Shown here: positions 7,901-14,230 of the stretch, piece by piece
Layout of the letters: each line of letters opens with the position of its first letter
Position numbering within the stretch: position 1 is the stretch's first letter
Origin: an uncultured bacterium
GTDB lineage: Bacteria > Acidobacteriota > Thermoanaerobaculia > Multivoradales > JAHZIX01
Length of the DNA: 19,712 nucleotides
Direction of reading: 5' to 3'
Assembly: GCA_965368975.1 (NCBI GenBank)
Contig: CBDUPA010000042.1
Coordinates: 1 to 19,712 of the forward strand
Made by a program: the position numbers and the translations under genes
The notes under the pieces: generated by a model
What the model was told of the DNA's origin: nothing
What the model saw: only the letters and a program-made list of their open reading frames with translations
Databases searched by the model: none

Positions 7901-10424
7901 TGCGCGCCGGTCGCCAGTTGCCGGTGGCATCGCCGTAGACACGCAGGCCATAGGAACGCTCGGGCAGGCCGTCGAGCTGCGTCGCCAGGTCGCTGGTCAC
8001 CAGCACCTCGGCACCGCCATCGCCGTCGACGTCCGCCACCACGACCTGCTCGTTCTGGGTGATCGAGCTGAAGGCATCCTCGAACAGCACCGTGCCGTCG
8101 CTACCGCGGAAGATGCGCAGGTGCGCCTCGTCGCGGTAGAGCACCTCGAAGCGGCCGTCACCATCCAGGTCGAAGACGGTCGAGCCGGTCATGTTGGAGC
8201 TGCCGTCACGTACCGAGCGCTGCCACTTGACGCTGCCGTCGCCCTCGAAGACCGCGTACTGGGTCGAGCCGGCGACACCGATCTCAGGTGCCCCGTCGCC
8301 GTCGAAGTCGGCGATCGTCGGAGCGCCACCGGCTTCGTCGCCAGCTCCCGGCAAGTCCACCGGCCCCCAGATCAGCGTGCCGTCGTGCTCGTGCAGGCGC
8401 AGCTGTCCCCGCGCCACCACGACGATCTCGGGGTAGTCGTCGCCGTCGAAGTTGGCCACCGCTGGGTACCCGTCGGCGTGGGTTTCATCGAGCTGCCAGT
8501 AGACGCTGCCATCAGCACGGTAAGCCGTCGTCCCCGTGACCACCTCGGCCGTACCGTCGAGATCGAGATCTGCGGCGATCGAGATGGCGCCCGAGTCGAC
8601 GCCGTCGCGATTAGACGCACTCTGGTACGCCTGGCCACCGCTACCGCTCCAGCGAAGCCGGCCCAGGCCGTCGAAGACGTGGGCGCCGACCAGGATTTCC
8701 GGCTGGCCGTCACCATCCAGGTCCGCCAGCGTCGGGTTGTCGCGGTTGGTCAGCGTCGTGCCGTCTGGGTGCGTCGAGTAGCCTTCGCTGATCCAGCGTC
8801 GACGACCCTGATTGTCGTAGGCCACCAGGCGGTTCGGGCGACCATCGAAGAAGCCCGAGACGATGATCTCGGTCGTCCCGTCGCCGTCCAGGTCGCCTGC
8901 CGCTAGCCCGGAGAGCGAGAAGATCACGAATTGTGACACCGGCGGCACGACCGTCCACAAGGCGCTACCGTCCGCGCCGCTGATCGCACGCAGGCGCACG
9001 CGCGGATCGAGTAGGTTGCCCAGGTTGGCGGTGACGAAGACGATGTCCGGCGTGTCCTCGCCGTCGAAGCGTCCATCACCGTTGTCGTCAGTGAGCTGGA
9101 CCACGATCGGCGTCGCCACGCTTTCCTTGCTCAGCGGTTCCTCGATGGCAGGTTGCCCATTGTCGTCCAGCGGTGGCCACGACCACTCGACCACCGGCTC
9201 GAACACCCCCACCGGCGGCGCCACACGGCAGCCCGTCGCGCTGCGGGCGAGGTTGTCGTCCTCGTCCAGCTCGGCGACGGTGTCACGGCTGTCGACCCAG
9301 GCCCACAGCGGCGCGTCGAGGAAGCTGAGCGTTCCACTCAGCGGCACGCTCAGATCTGAGGTCGCGCCAGCGGCCAGCTCAGCAGGGAAGGTCGCGGCAC
9401 CGAGCACGGTATCCGCAGCCGACAGCGCCCGATCGCCGTCGAGGTCTTCGAAAACCGTCACCTCGAACGCCGTGCTTGCGCTCACAGTTGCGGCACCGGT
9501 GTTGGCGACGGTGACGAGGCCGCTGCCCGTCACGGTCAAGGACTGCGCATCCGCCGTCGGCGGCACCACCGCCTCGACCGTCAGGTTAGCCAGCTGCGCC
9601 AGCGTGGTGACGTCGGTCGCGCTGTTGTCGGCCGGTTCCAGGTCCCGGCCACCGGTGCTCGTGGCACTGGCGCTGAAGAGGAGTTGGGCGAGGTCGGAAG
9701 GCGGTGCCGTGTCCACGCGCACTTCGACGGTGCGCGTCACCGCAGTACCCGCCGCCAGCTCGAAGGCGGGCCACGTCACGGTCCCCACCGCTCCCGAAGC
9801 CGTCCCGGTCGTCGGATCGAGCGCGCCGTCGTCCGAAGCGGTCAGGAACGTGATGCCGTCGGGCAGCGTCGCCGTCAAGAGCGTGCCCGTCGCGCGGCGC
9901 GTGCCGTCGTTGCGCAGCGTCAGCTGGTACTGCAGAAGATCGCCAGGCAGCGCTTCCGCGCGACCATCGTCCACCGTCACCACCAGGTCCGGCGCGGCGC
10001 TCAGCACTTCCGGCGGCGCCACGACGTCGAGCGGCAGGTACCTGCCCTCTTGCCACAGCACCGACGCGGGAGCCGACTGCGAGACGACGAATTCGTCCAC
10101 GCGCAGCTCGACCGCCTGCCCGGCAAGGCCACCCTCGACAACAGACGTGTCCAGGCGGTCGCCCGGAATGTCCAGCCGGAAGGATGCGTCCGCCGCCACC
10201 GTCGTCTCGGCGAACCGCTCGCCACCGATCCAGGCTGACAACGCGGTCCCCGGTGGCAAAGCGTCCCCGGACTCCAGCGCCACCGTCCCGAACCAGCTCG
10301 ACGGCAACGGGTGCGGCTCGTCTGCCCAGACACTTTCGATCCAGCCTCCCAGAGCTGCAAGTCCAACGAATGCACACAGCACAAACCAAGCCGACGTCTG
10401 CCGCTTCGGCGATCTCATCTTCAT
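1941..10424 (-). CDS. Giant secreted modular surface/adhesin-like protein (DUF11, CARDB, FG-GAP/VCBS beta-propeller, multiple PKD, thrombospondin-C-like and LamG lectin domains, Calx-beta x3, C-terminal PGYWKTH domain)
   Basis: 2827-aa ORF. Signal peptide: basic N-terminus, WFVLCAFVGLAALGG, then VWA. DUF11 motifs PDLVVTVDDG..PGD...Y.LTL.N.G..ADNSATD. CARDB motifs VD....V.ELDEDDN and RECNESNN. Repeated ADLDGDGxPEI (~7800-9200). PKD motifs H.ATVDWGDG..H.Y...G.Y.V. LamG motifs LLAYLPLDG..D.SGN.NHG, W.FVAAVY and GSIDE. Calx-beta motifs V.V.F.T.DG.A.AG.DY..G.L..V.I.DDD. RBS spacing (GAGGG) favours the second ATG at 10418. Confidence 0.92.
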   Translation of the reverse strand: MKMRSPKRQTSAWFVLCAFVGLAALGGWIESVWADEPHPLPSSWFGTVALESGDALPPGTALSAWIGGERFAETTVAADASFRLDIPGDRLDTSVVEGGLAGQAVELRVDEFVVSQSAPASVLWQEGRYLPLDVVAPPEVLSAAPDLVVTVDDGRAEALPGDLLQYQLTLRNDGTRRATGTLLTATLPDGITFLTASDDGALDPTTGTASGAVGTVTWPAFELAAGTAVTRTVEVRVDTAPPSDLAQLLFSASATSTGGRDLEPADNSATDVTTLAQLANLTVEAVVPPTADAQSLTVTGSGLVTVANTGAATVSASTAFEVTVFEDLDGDRALSAADTVLGAATFPAELAAGATSDLSVPLSGTLSFLDAPLWAWVDSRDTVAELDEDDNLARSATGCRVAPPVGVFEPVVEWSWPPLDDNGQPAIEEPLSKESVATPIVVQLTDDNGDGRFDGEDTPDIVFVTANLGNLLDPRVRLRAISGADGSALWTVVPPVSQFVIFSLSGLAAGDLDGDGTTEIIVSGFFDGRPNRLVAYDNQGRRRWISEGYSTHPDGTTLTNRDNPTLADLDGDGQPEILVGAHVFDGLGRLRWSGSGGQAYQSASNRDGVDSGAISIAADLDLDGTAEVVTGTTAYRADGSVYWQLDETHADGYPAVANFDGDDYPEIVVVARGQLRLHEHDGTLIWGPVDLPGAGDEAGGAPTIADFDGDGAPEIGVAGSTQYAVFEGDGSVKWQRSVRDGSSNMTGSTVFDLDGDGRFEVLYRDEAHLRIFRGSDGTVLFEDAFSSITQNEQVVVADVDGDGGAEVLVTSDLATQLDGLPERSYGLRVYGDATGNWRPARKVWNQHAFHADNVRDDGSVPATAPHPWLTHNTFRANVAPVGVDPLAAADLSASYLRVDFDAWPQIAVTVRVGNGGTSAAPAGVPVHAYDGDPATGGALLGVAATSQALVPGRFEDVALTFDATSLGAGGEIWGAREVVVQVDPEDALRECNESNNEHRFAYDTTDVGLAVQLVDGVERMHPGDSLTVTATVVNAGPGARTGVTLRVDIPAGTSSLDTLEWQLGDLGAGTSSDITFIVDVDAGLPAGVTELTMIATVTDDGSAGPDPTPANNQASDTNVIASARADAGGPYSGTEGAPVQLDGSASTDRDGTLVAYAWDLDGDGIFDDASIVAPTWIFADNGVFTVALQVIDDSGEVDIASTQVTVANAAPVLDPLVLSAPAEGEALHLDVAYSDAGSDDSHSATVDWGDGVVEPATVDAAASVVRASHAYGQDGSYTVRLCLRDDDGGESCRSQTLGVVNAAPVVSASTEGADLRLWTAESWAYDQRSPDWQVAPSGTQVEQLNDSQATVFLSPYLATGLTLEFTVRPIPFWDYDWFGFVLGYRPGDAANPEADFLLVDWKRSGAQISANPECGSGYAEGGLAVSRVRGVPLISELAAHVDLQCNGLSNGVTEISRSHDAWGYSPWNNGWEYRFRVESRADRVQIWMNGNPIADLSGDYAFGSGRFGFYTLNLGLVQFYDVRVEGLAVLEGSTFPLGAAFVDPGSADSHSATVDWGDGNTTAAGLDSWVANGQTFGRIHASYSYPDDGEFVAQVCVDDGTDTGCGDFPLTVINAEPQIDAGPDRPAYVGGFLELDASYWDAGPADTHTATVDWGDGTIESVAVTPTASAEGSAGRIVAQHAYDLETDYPVRVCVTDDDGGEACDSFLVYWRGPLLDFGLSGDVQPSSLRPGESVPLTLSLTNHGTLEPTNVELLAVVPPPLEIGAIEPAPSSFDATTGTLVWSLDHLAYRAQLDITVEVRAPNTTTPGDGVLVQLEVWDDGSQGVDTTPDDHVVELPVEFIDPQAPRVSIQPGSVDEGSPYALQASLDQPGLSPLDNGRLLAYLPLDGDVQDASGNENHGSIWGTPTPTEGYRGGAYEFGGFYDGDSIEIPVDINVTAQPKLTMGAWVKTVPGFSYVINTVISHDSGGFDRTLVVDYRSGDFGWSIFQGSESVLGVVPIRHGEWTFVAAVYEQIGPIQDGVALQSVRLYVDGQELVGQGYVGPGFDRTWLGVNPEYYEPWIGSIDEAFIIGEVLEACDLEALRISGPQLPPRSYGAEVSWAGEPFQPATLGTPHCGIGPIEATHRFGDDGVFEHEVCVQEAAWQAAGGAPACDRATVTVRNVAPTVVLTTDYDLTVGGPLEVVGTFTDPGLLDTHRAEIDWGDGAPEVVALDQQAGGGTVQASHPYSEAGTYLVRLCVFDDDGGRGCAELSVTVDAVSAEPDVSLGDLAIREAAGLAGVPVLLSETSSQPVTVHFATVDGSALAGQDYTPTAGSLTVPSGQAQSVIPVPVTADDVDELDEVFLVQVTSVDGGVLVDGEAQVTILDDDQALLSAADVEVEEGDTNSEARFEVRLSNPADRDVTVRYSTADDTALAGEDYTTTEGELTFAPTVTTQNVNVPILGDSLFEPAEETFRLELSEPTVAQLADAEALATILDDELCPGPELLPALGTQAWTQTDRVWTHTVDVRAYGGGTLGSSELRIAFALTLSLADGETARVQVEALDGGGLLLDAFDSGDVIGPVEALTLSETLDAITGVESVRVRVWAVPDQVAVLSLTSLRQPVIWATSEPVVEGDIGDTAELLFTVQLSCALTEPVVLAYETVDITATAGEDYLAATGSLVLEPGTTSTQVPVSVLGDDLDEGRETLQLGMQLVEPDLVLLLQLVIEGQILDDDACTRSPGYWKTHREDWPVDRLTLGGVEYGDVELMGFLQYGGPDAASKLAHHLVATKLNLANGTDPFILPIVEAADAFLQDFPPGSNPKGADRKRGNELKDQLDAYNNLHCDI

Positions 10425-10439
10425 CCCTCGTCAAGGCCA

Positions 10440-10456
10440 AGCTATCGCCGTGCCAG
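10440..10456 (-). promoter_or_regulatory. Putative sigma54 (RpoN) -24/-12 promoter of the giant adhesin gene
   Basis: Minus strand reads CTGGCACGGCGATAGCT versus consensus YTGGCACG-N4-TTGCW (one mismatch, exact GG-N10-GC spacing), just upstream of the RBS. An IHF-like AATCAGCAGCTTT (10512-10500) and an inverted repeat lie further upstream. Confidence 0.55.
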
Positions 10457-10517
10457 CATGGCTACGACGAAGCAATCATTAAATATGCAGCAAGAACTGA
10501 AAGCTGCTGATTGCATT

Positions 10518-10544
10518 TTGCCTCCATCACCGGGAAGGAGGCAA
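10518..10544. repeat. Inverted repeat TTGCCTCC-N11-GGAGGCAA; candidate activator binding site
   Basis: Perfect 8-bp arms at 10518-10525 and 10537-10544 in the divergent intergenic region. It is adjacent to a second dyad, GCAATCA (10472-10478)...TGATTGC (10508-10514). Confidence 0.5.
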
Positions 10545-10734
10545 GGGGCTGACGTGGGATTAGACGGACGCGGAAGGGATTTTCACAGCGAGGTCGGAGC
10601 CCAAACCTAGAGCAGTTGAATCGAACTGCACCGAGTCAACCGGCACTGAGATACGCTCCTGACTTCACGGTATGTCGTACATTTGTGAGACCACACGTCT
10701 GAATCAATAGAGCCCAAGGCACCCAGGATGCGAT

Positions 10735-11982
10735 ATGCACAGATCCTTTGTGGATCCGAGAGCTGATCCAGATCCGGCGGCACAGCGCCCACCGGCAAGA
10801 TTCACAAGCAACCCGGACGAATTGAACGCGCTTCACCAGTTGTGTCGTGAAGGACGCCTGTACGATGTCGAGCGGTACCTCCAAGCCGACGGACCGGTGC
10901 AGCTTTGTCCCAGCACTCGTATCAGTGGCCGCCGCAATTTTCATTCGGCGCTCGAGATCGCGTTCTCTCGACACAATCAGGCTCTGCTCCTGCTGCTTCT
11001 CGCCAACGGCTACGATCTGGCAGCGGAGCAACAGTGTCCGCTCGATTCGGCTCTCCGGTTGCGCCGCAAGGACATGGTTGACCTTCTGCTGAGATGGGGA
11101 GCGGACCCACATCGGGCCTCTGTCCACATCCTATGTGACAGCTACGACAGCGAACTGTTCGAACGGTTTCTGAACCTAGGCGTAGACTTCACCGCCGGGC
11201 ATGCTCTTGCTGAGGCTCTCGGTGAACACACCAGCAACAAGCCGCTCTTCGGCTTCGCGAAGCGCCATCGAATCAGAGATCCGAAGATCCAAATAGATCT
11301 AGATATGGCGCTCGTTCACCAGGCACAGAATGGCAAGGAGAAGGGGGTGCTTCTTTGCCTGTGGGCAGGGGCTAATCCTCACACGCCCGTACCTGGACTA
11401 GACCAGTGGTACGCCGACATTGAGGATCCGGACGAATGGTCCAGCGCGATCTATGCCGCTTGCAGTGCCGGACATGCAGCCATCTTGAAGCGTCTCGGCC
11501 CAGACCCGGCCTTGGATGACTACGAAGAACTCTATCGTTCCGCCTGCAATGGGGAGACCATCGAGATCCTGGCGCTATCGCAGCTACCTCGTGAGCCATC
11601 GACAGTTATCCTGCGCCAAATTGGGCGAACCACCTTGCTTCATTTCGAAGCGTATCGTCCGGTGGAAGTACTCAAGGCCTTGTTTGAAGCAGGCGTTCGA
11701 TGGGAATCGAGTTCGAAGAGGGAGATTGGAGAAGCTCGCCGAGACTTGCTGCAATCAAGTTACTCGACGTTCGAGGAAGTCCTGAAGCTCCTCTCCACGA
11801 AAGACTACTGTTCACGAGAGGTGCTCACTGAACTCGCGCGGACACCTTCAATTCGCAGGCGAATGCAGAAACAACATCTCATCCCAGATTCCGGAACTTT
11901 CTCGTCAGGCTGGTCGACTCTCTCTCGGGAGTCGCTAGCCAAGTTCGGAATCGACCGACCCAAGGCCAAACGGCGGCAGTAG
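10735..11982 (+). CDS. Ankyrin-repeat-like protein, 415 aa
   Basis: Degenerate ankyrin units: SALEIAFSRHNQALLLLLLANGYD, PLDSALRLRRKDMVDLLLRWGADP, ALVHQAQNGKEKGVLLCLWAGANP, AIYAACSAGHAAILKRL. AGGA lies upstream of the ATG. It is the only long ORF in this interval and converges on the broken paralog with a 23-nt gap. Confidence 0.8.
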   Translation: MHRSFVDPRADPDPAAQRPPARFTSNPDELNALHQLCREGRLYDVERYLQADGPVQLCPSTRISGRRNFHSALEIAFSRHNQALLLLLLANGYDLAAEQQCPLDSALRLRRKDMVDLLLRWGADPHRASVHILCDSYDSELFERFLNLGVDFTAGHALAEALGEHTSNKPLFGFAKRHRIRDPKIQIDLDMALVHQAQNGKEKGVLLCLWAGANPHTPVPGLDQWYADIEDPDEWSSAIYAACSAGHAAILKRLGPDPALDDYEELYRSACNGETIEILALSQLPREPSTVILRQIGRTTLLHFEAYRPVEVLKALFEAGVRWESSSKREIGEARRDLLQSSYSTFEEVLKLLSTKDYCSREVLTELARTPSIRRRMQKQHLIPDSGTFSSGWSTLSRESLAKFGIDRPKAKRRQ

Positions 11983-12005
11983 CACGGCTGGTAGAACTTG
12001 TACTG

Positions 12006-13112
12006 CTAAGTCTTGGAGTCTGCCTGTTGTGCCCGGATCTCGTCGCCCGTCTTGGCGCCAATGCTGCGAAGGTATCGCGTCACATCGTTCTCTTCCCATT
12101 CATAGCCAGCCCAATCAAGTTCTGTTTTCCCGGTCATGCCATCGACGATGGTTTATCCTGGCACCGTTTGCGATCATGTCCTTGAGAATATCGAGGTGTC
12201 CATTACGAGCCACAGGGTGAAGAGCAGGCTTCCCACCGTCGGATAATCTGTTGAGATCTGGCTTCCAGGAAAGAAGCTCGACGAAGAAAGAGTAGACTTC
12301 CGGCAAGATCATATCTGGTGCGATATATGGCAAGACCGTAGCAGCTAAGTCGCGCCGCTTGACCTCATCGAGGGTCAATAGAAAATCTCTAAGCTTGGAA
12401 ATGTCATCTTCAGCTGTAGCGAGTTCAATCGCCTCTTCCCTCAATGCCTGTTCACTATCCAAGTAGCTGCCTAGCTTGGTGGCCAGTAACTCGGGGCTCT
12501 CGGAGCCCGTCACATCTCCAGATGTCTTCCTAAGAGCCTGCTGCAATCGCTTCACCTGTACAAGATCCAGTGACAGTGTGTCTTCTGTTTCGAGCCGCTC
12601 TAGGATGGCCTGTGCCAGTACTGCGAGAGAACGAGCCTTCCCTTTCCGGCGAGAACTCAACCCCATCCTGATGGCATCGTTCAGCCAGCCTGGATCACTC
12701 ACCCGGAGCGCGCCTGCCACACAGAGCAGGCGCACTACTTCTGGGTTACACCGTGCCATCGCAGCGCTGATAGGTGATCCTCGTCGCTGTCGTCTGAGTA
12801 GGGTTCCGGGCACAGGTCTACCCCAAACTCCACGAGCAGACGTGCGGTGTCAATCTGATCTTCCAGGATTGCATCCACCAGAGCATAGGGCAGGAACTGT
12901 GGGTATTGGGTTGGCTGCGTCAGCAGATACTTCAGGCAGTTCTCGGCGCCTTTGCTCGCAGCCAATACCAGCGGATGCAGTTGGTAGTCGCGCAGGGTCT
13001 CGAAGAGACTGTCGGACGTCCAGCCGTCTGCTTCAGCTTGTTTCAGAGCTTCGACATCATCTGCGGCGATGATGGATTCCAGCCGAGGGTGCAAGTTGAT
13101 GCGGGTCAGCAT
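12006..13112 (-). pseudogene. Frameshifted paralog of the ankyrin immunity gene (two single-base indels; pseudogene or assembly error)
   Basis: From ATG 13112, MLTRINLHPRLES...YSDDSDED aligns with 13126..14229. One base is missing at ~12777, after which PISAAMARCNPE...NGARIN continues in another frame. One extra C at ~12150 is followed by IVDGMTGKTELDWAGYEWEENDVTRYLRSIGAKTGDEIRAQQADSKT and TAG at 12008-12006. The total span is 1107 nt (368 aa) versus 367 aa for the intact copy. Confidence 0.85.
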
Positions 13113-13125
13113 GGGGCTCGTGAAG

Positions 13126-14229
13126 CTACGCCTTCTCTTTCGCTTGCTCGGCACGGACTTCGTCTCCCGTCTTACAGCCGATGCTGCGCAGATAGCGAGT
13201 CGTCTCGTTCTCTTCCCACTGGTAACCTGCCTCGTCGAGTTCTGTTTTGCCAGTCAAGGTCGAGACCAGGTTGATCTGTGCGCCGTTGGACACGAGCATC
13301 TTGATGAGTCCTAGATCCCCGATCTGCGCCAAGTAGTGAAGAGCCAGTATTCCACCGTCGTCGCTCTGATTGACATCTACACCCCAGGAGATGATCTCTT
13401 GGCATAGCTGCGACTCAGCAGGCAAGTCGGCAGCCCGAGCGAGGTACGGCAGTACAAGTGAACCGATCTGTAACCGCTTCTCTTCGTCTAAGCCAAGTAG
13501 GAGCTTGCGGAGTTCAGAAACTCCATCTTCTGCGGTTGCAAGGTCAAGGGCCTCTTCTCTGAGAGCATACTCTCCGTCCACGAAGTCGCCGAGAGACTTC
13601 GCCAGCGCATCTAGCCCTATGCTCTCGCTCTTCTTAACAACTTCCTGAAAGACTGTTGCGAGTCGCTTCAACTGCAGAACCTCAAGCGAAAGCGAATCTT
13701 CAGCCTCCAACCTCTTCAAGACTTCCGATGCTAAGAGCGCCAGACTCTCGATCTTCCCCTTTCGGCGACATGTCAAACCTGCCCTAATGGCATCGTTCAG
13801 CCAACCAGCATCACTTACCTGTACCGCCCCCGCCTCACATAGCAAGCGCACCATCTCTGGGTTGCACCGTACCATCGCGGCGCTGATCGGCACGTCCTCG
13901 TCGCTCTCTTCCGAATAAGGCTCAGCACACAAGTCGACACCAAACTCCACGAGCAGGCGGGCGGTTCCTATGTGGTCTTCTTGGACTGCCTCCACCAGGG
14001 CGTAGGGCAGAAACTGCTTATATTGGGTTGGTTGCGTCAGCAGGTAGCGTAGGCAGCTCACCGCGCCTTCGCCCGCGGCCAAAACCAAGGGATGCAGTTG
14101 GTAGTCACGCAACGTCTCGAAGATCTTGTCGGGCGTCCAACCACCCGCTTCAGCCTCTCGCAGAGCATCGACATCGTCTGCAGCGATGAGGGACTCCAGC
14201 TCGGGCTGCAGGCTAACGCGATTTAGCAT
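13126..14229 (-). CDS. Ankyrin-repeat protein, probable cognate immunity protein of the Rhs toxin
   Basis: ATG lies 1 nt after the Rhs stop (TGA-A-ATG). Ankyrin units: HPLVLAAGEGAVSCLRYLL, ALVEAVQEDHIGTARLLVEFGVD, PISAAMVRCNPEMVRLLCEAGA, GVDVNQSDDGGILALHYLAQIGDLGLIKMLVSNGAQIN..TGKTELD. Acidic, with no signal peptide. Confidence 0.88.
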   Translation of the reverse strand: MLNRVSLQPELESLIAADDVDALREAEAGGWTPDKIFETLRDYQLHPLVLAAGEGAVSCLRYLLTQPTQYKQFLPYALVEAVQEDHIGTARLLVEFGVDLCAEPYSEESDEDVPISAAMVRCNPEMVRLLCEAGAVQVSDAGWLNDAIRAGLTCRRKGKIESLALLASEVLKRLEAEDSLSLEVLQLKRLATVFQEVVKKSESIGLDALAKSLGDFVDGEYALREEALDLATAEDGVSELRKLLLGLDEEKRLQIGSLVLPYLARAADLPAESQLCQEIISWGVDVNQSDDGGILALHYLAQIGDLGLIKMLVSNGAQINLVSTLTGKTELDEAGYQWEENETTRYLRSIGCKTGDEVRAEQAKEKA

Positions 14230-14230
14230 T

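Noticed and set aside
2913-10482. Long + strand ORFs (2913..3575, 3750..4772, 4890..6416, 7362..8906, 8863..10482)
   Set aside because: They are antisense shadows of the high-GC giant gene, with low-complexity R/A/S/V-rich translations and no motifs.
10612-10629. Small dyad GCAGTT-N6-AACTGC
   Set aside because: Six-bp arms are expected by chance, and there is no supporting context.
12140-12785. Programmed frameshifting or phase variation at the two indels
   Set aside because: Neither site has a slippery heptamer, long homopolymer or simple repeat.
12115-13154. ORFs 12115..12813 and 12735..13154 as two separate genes
   Set aside because: They are fragments of one paralog of 13126..14229, and their called starts do not match the aligned start at 13112.
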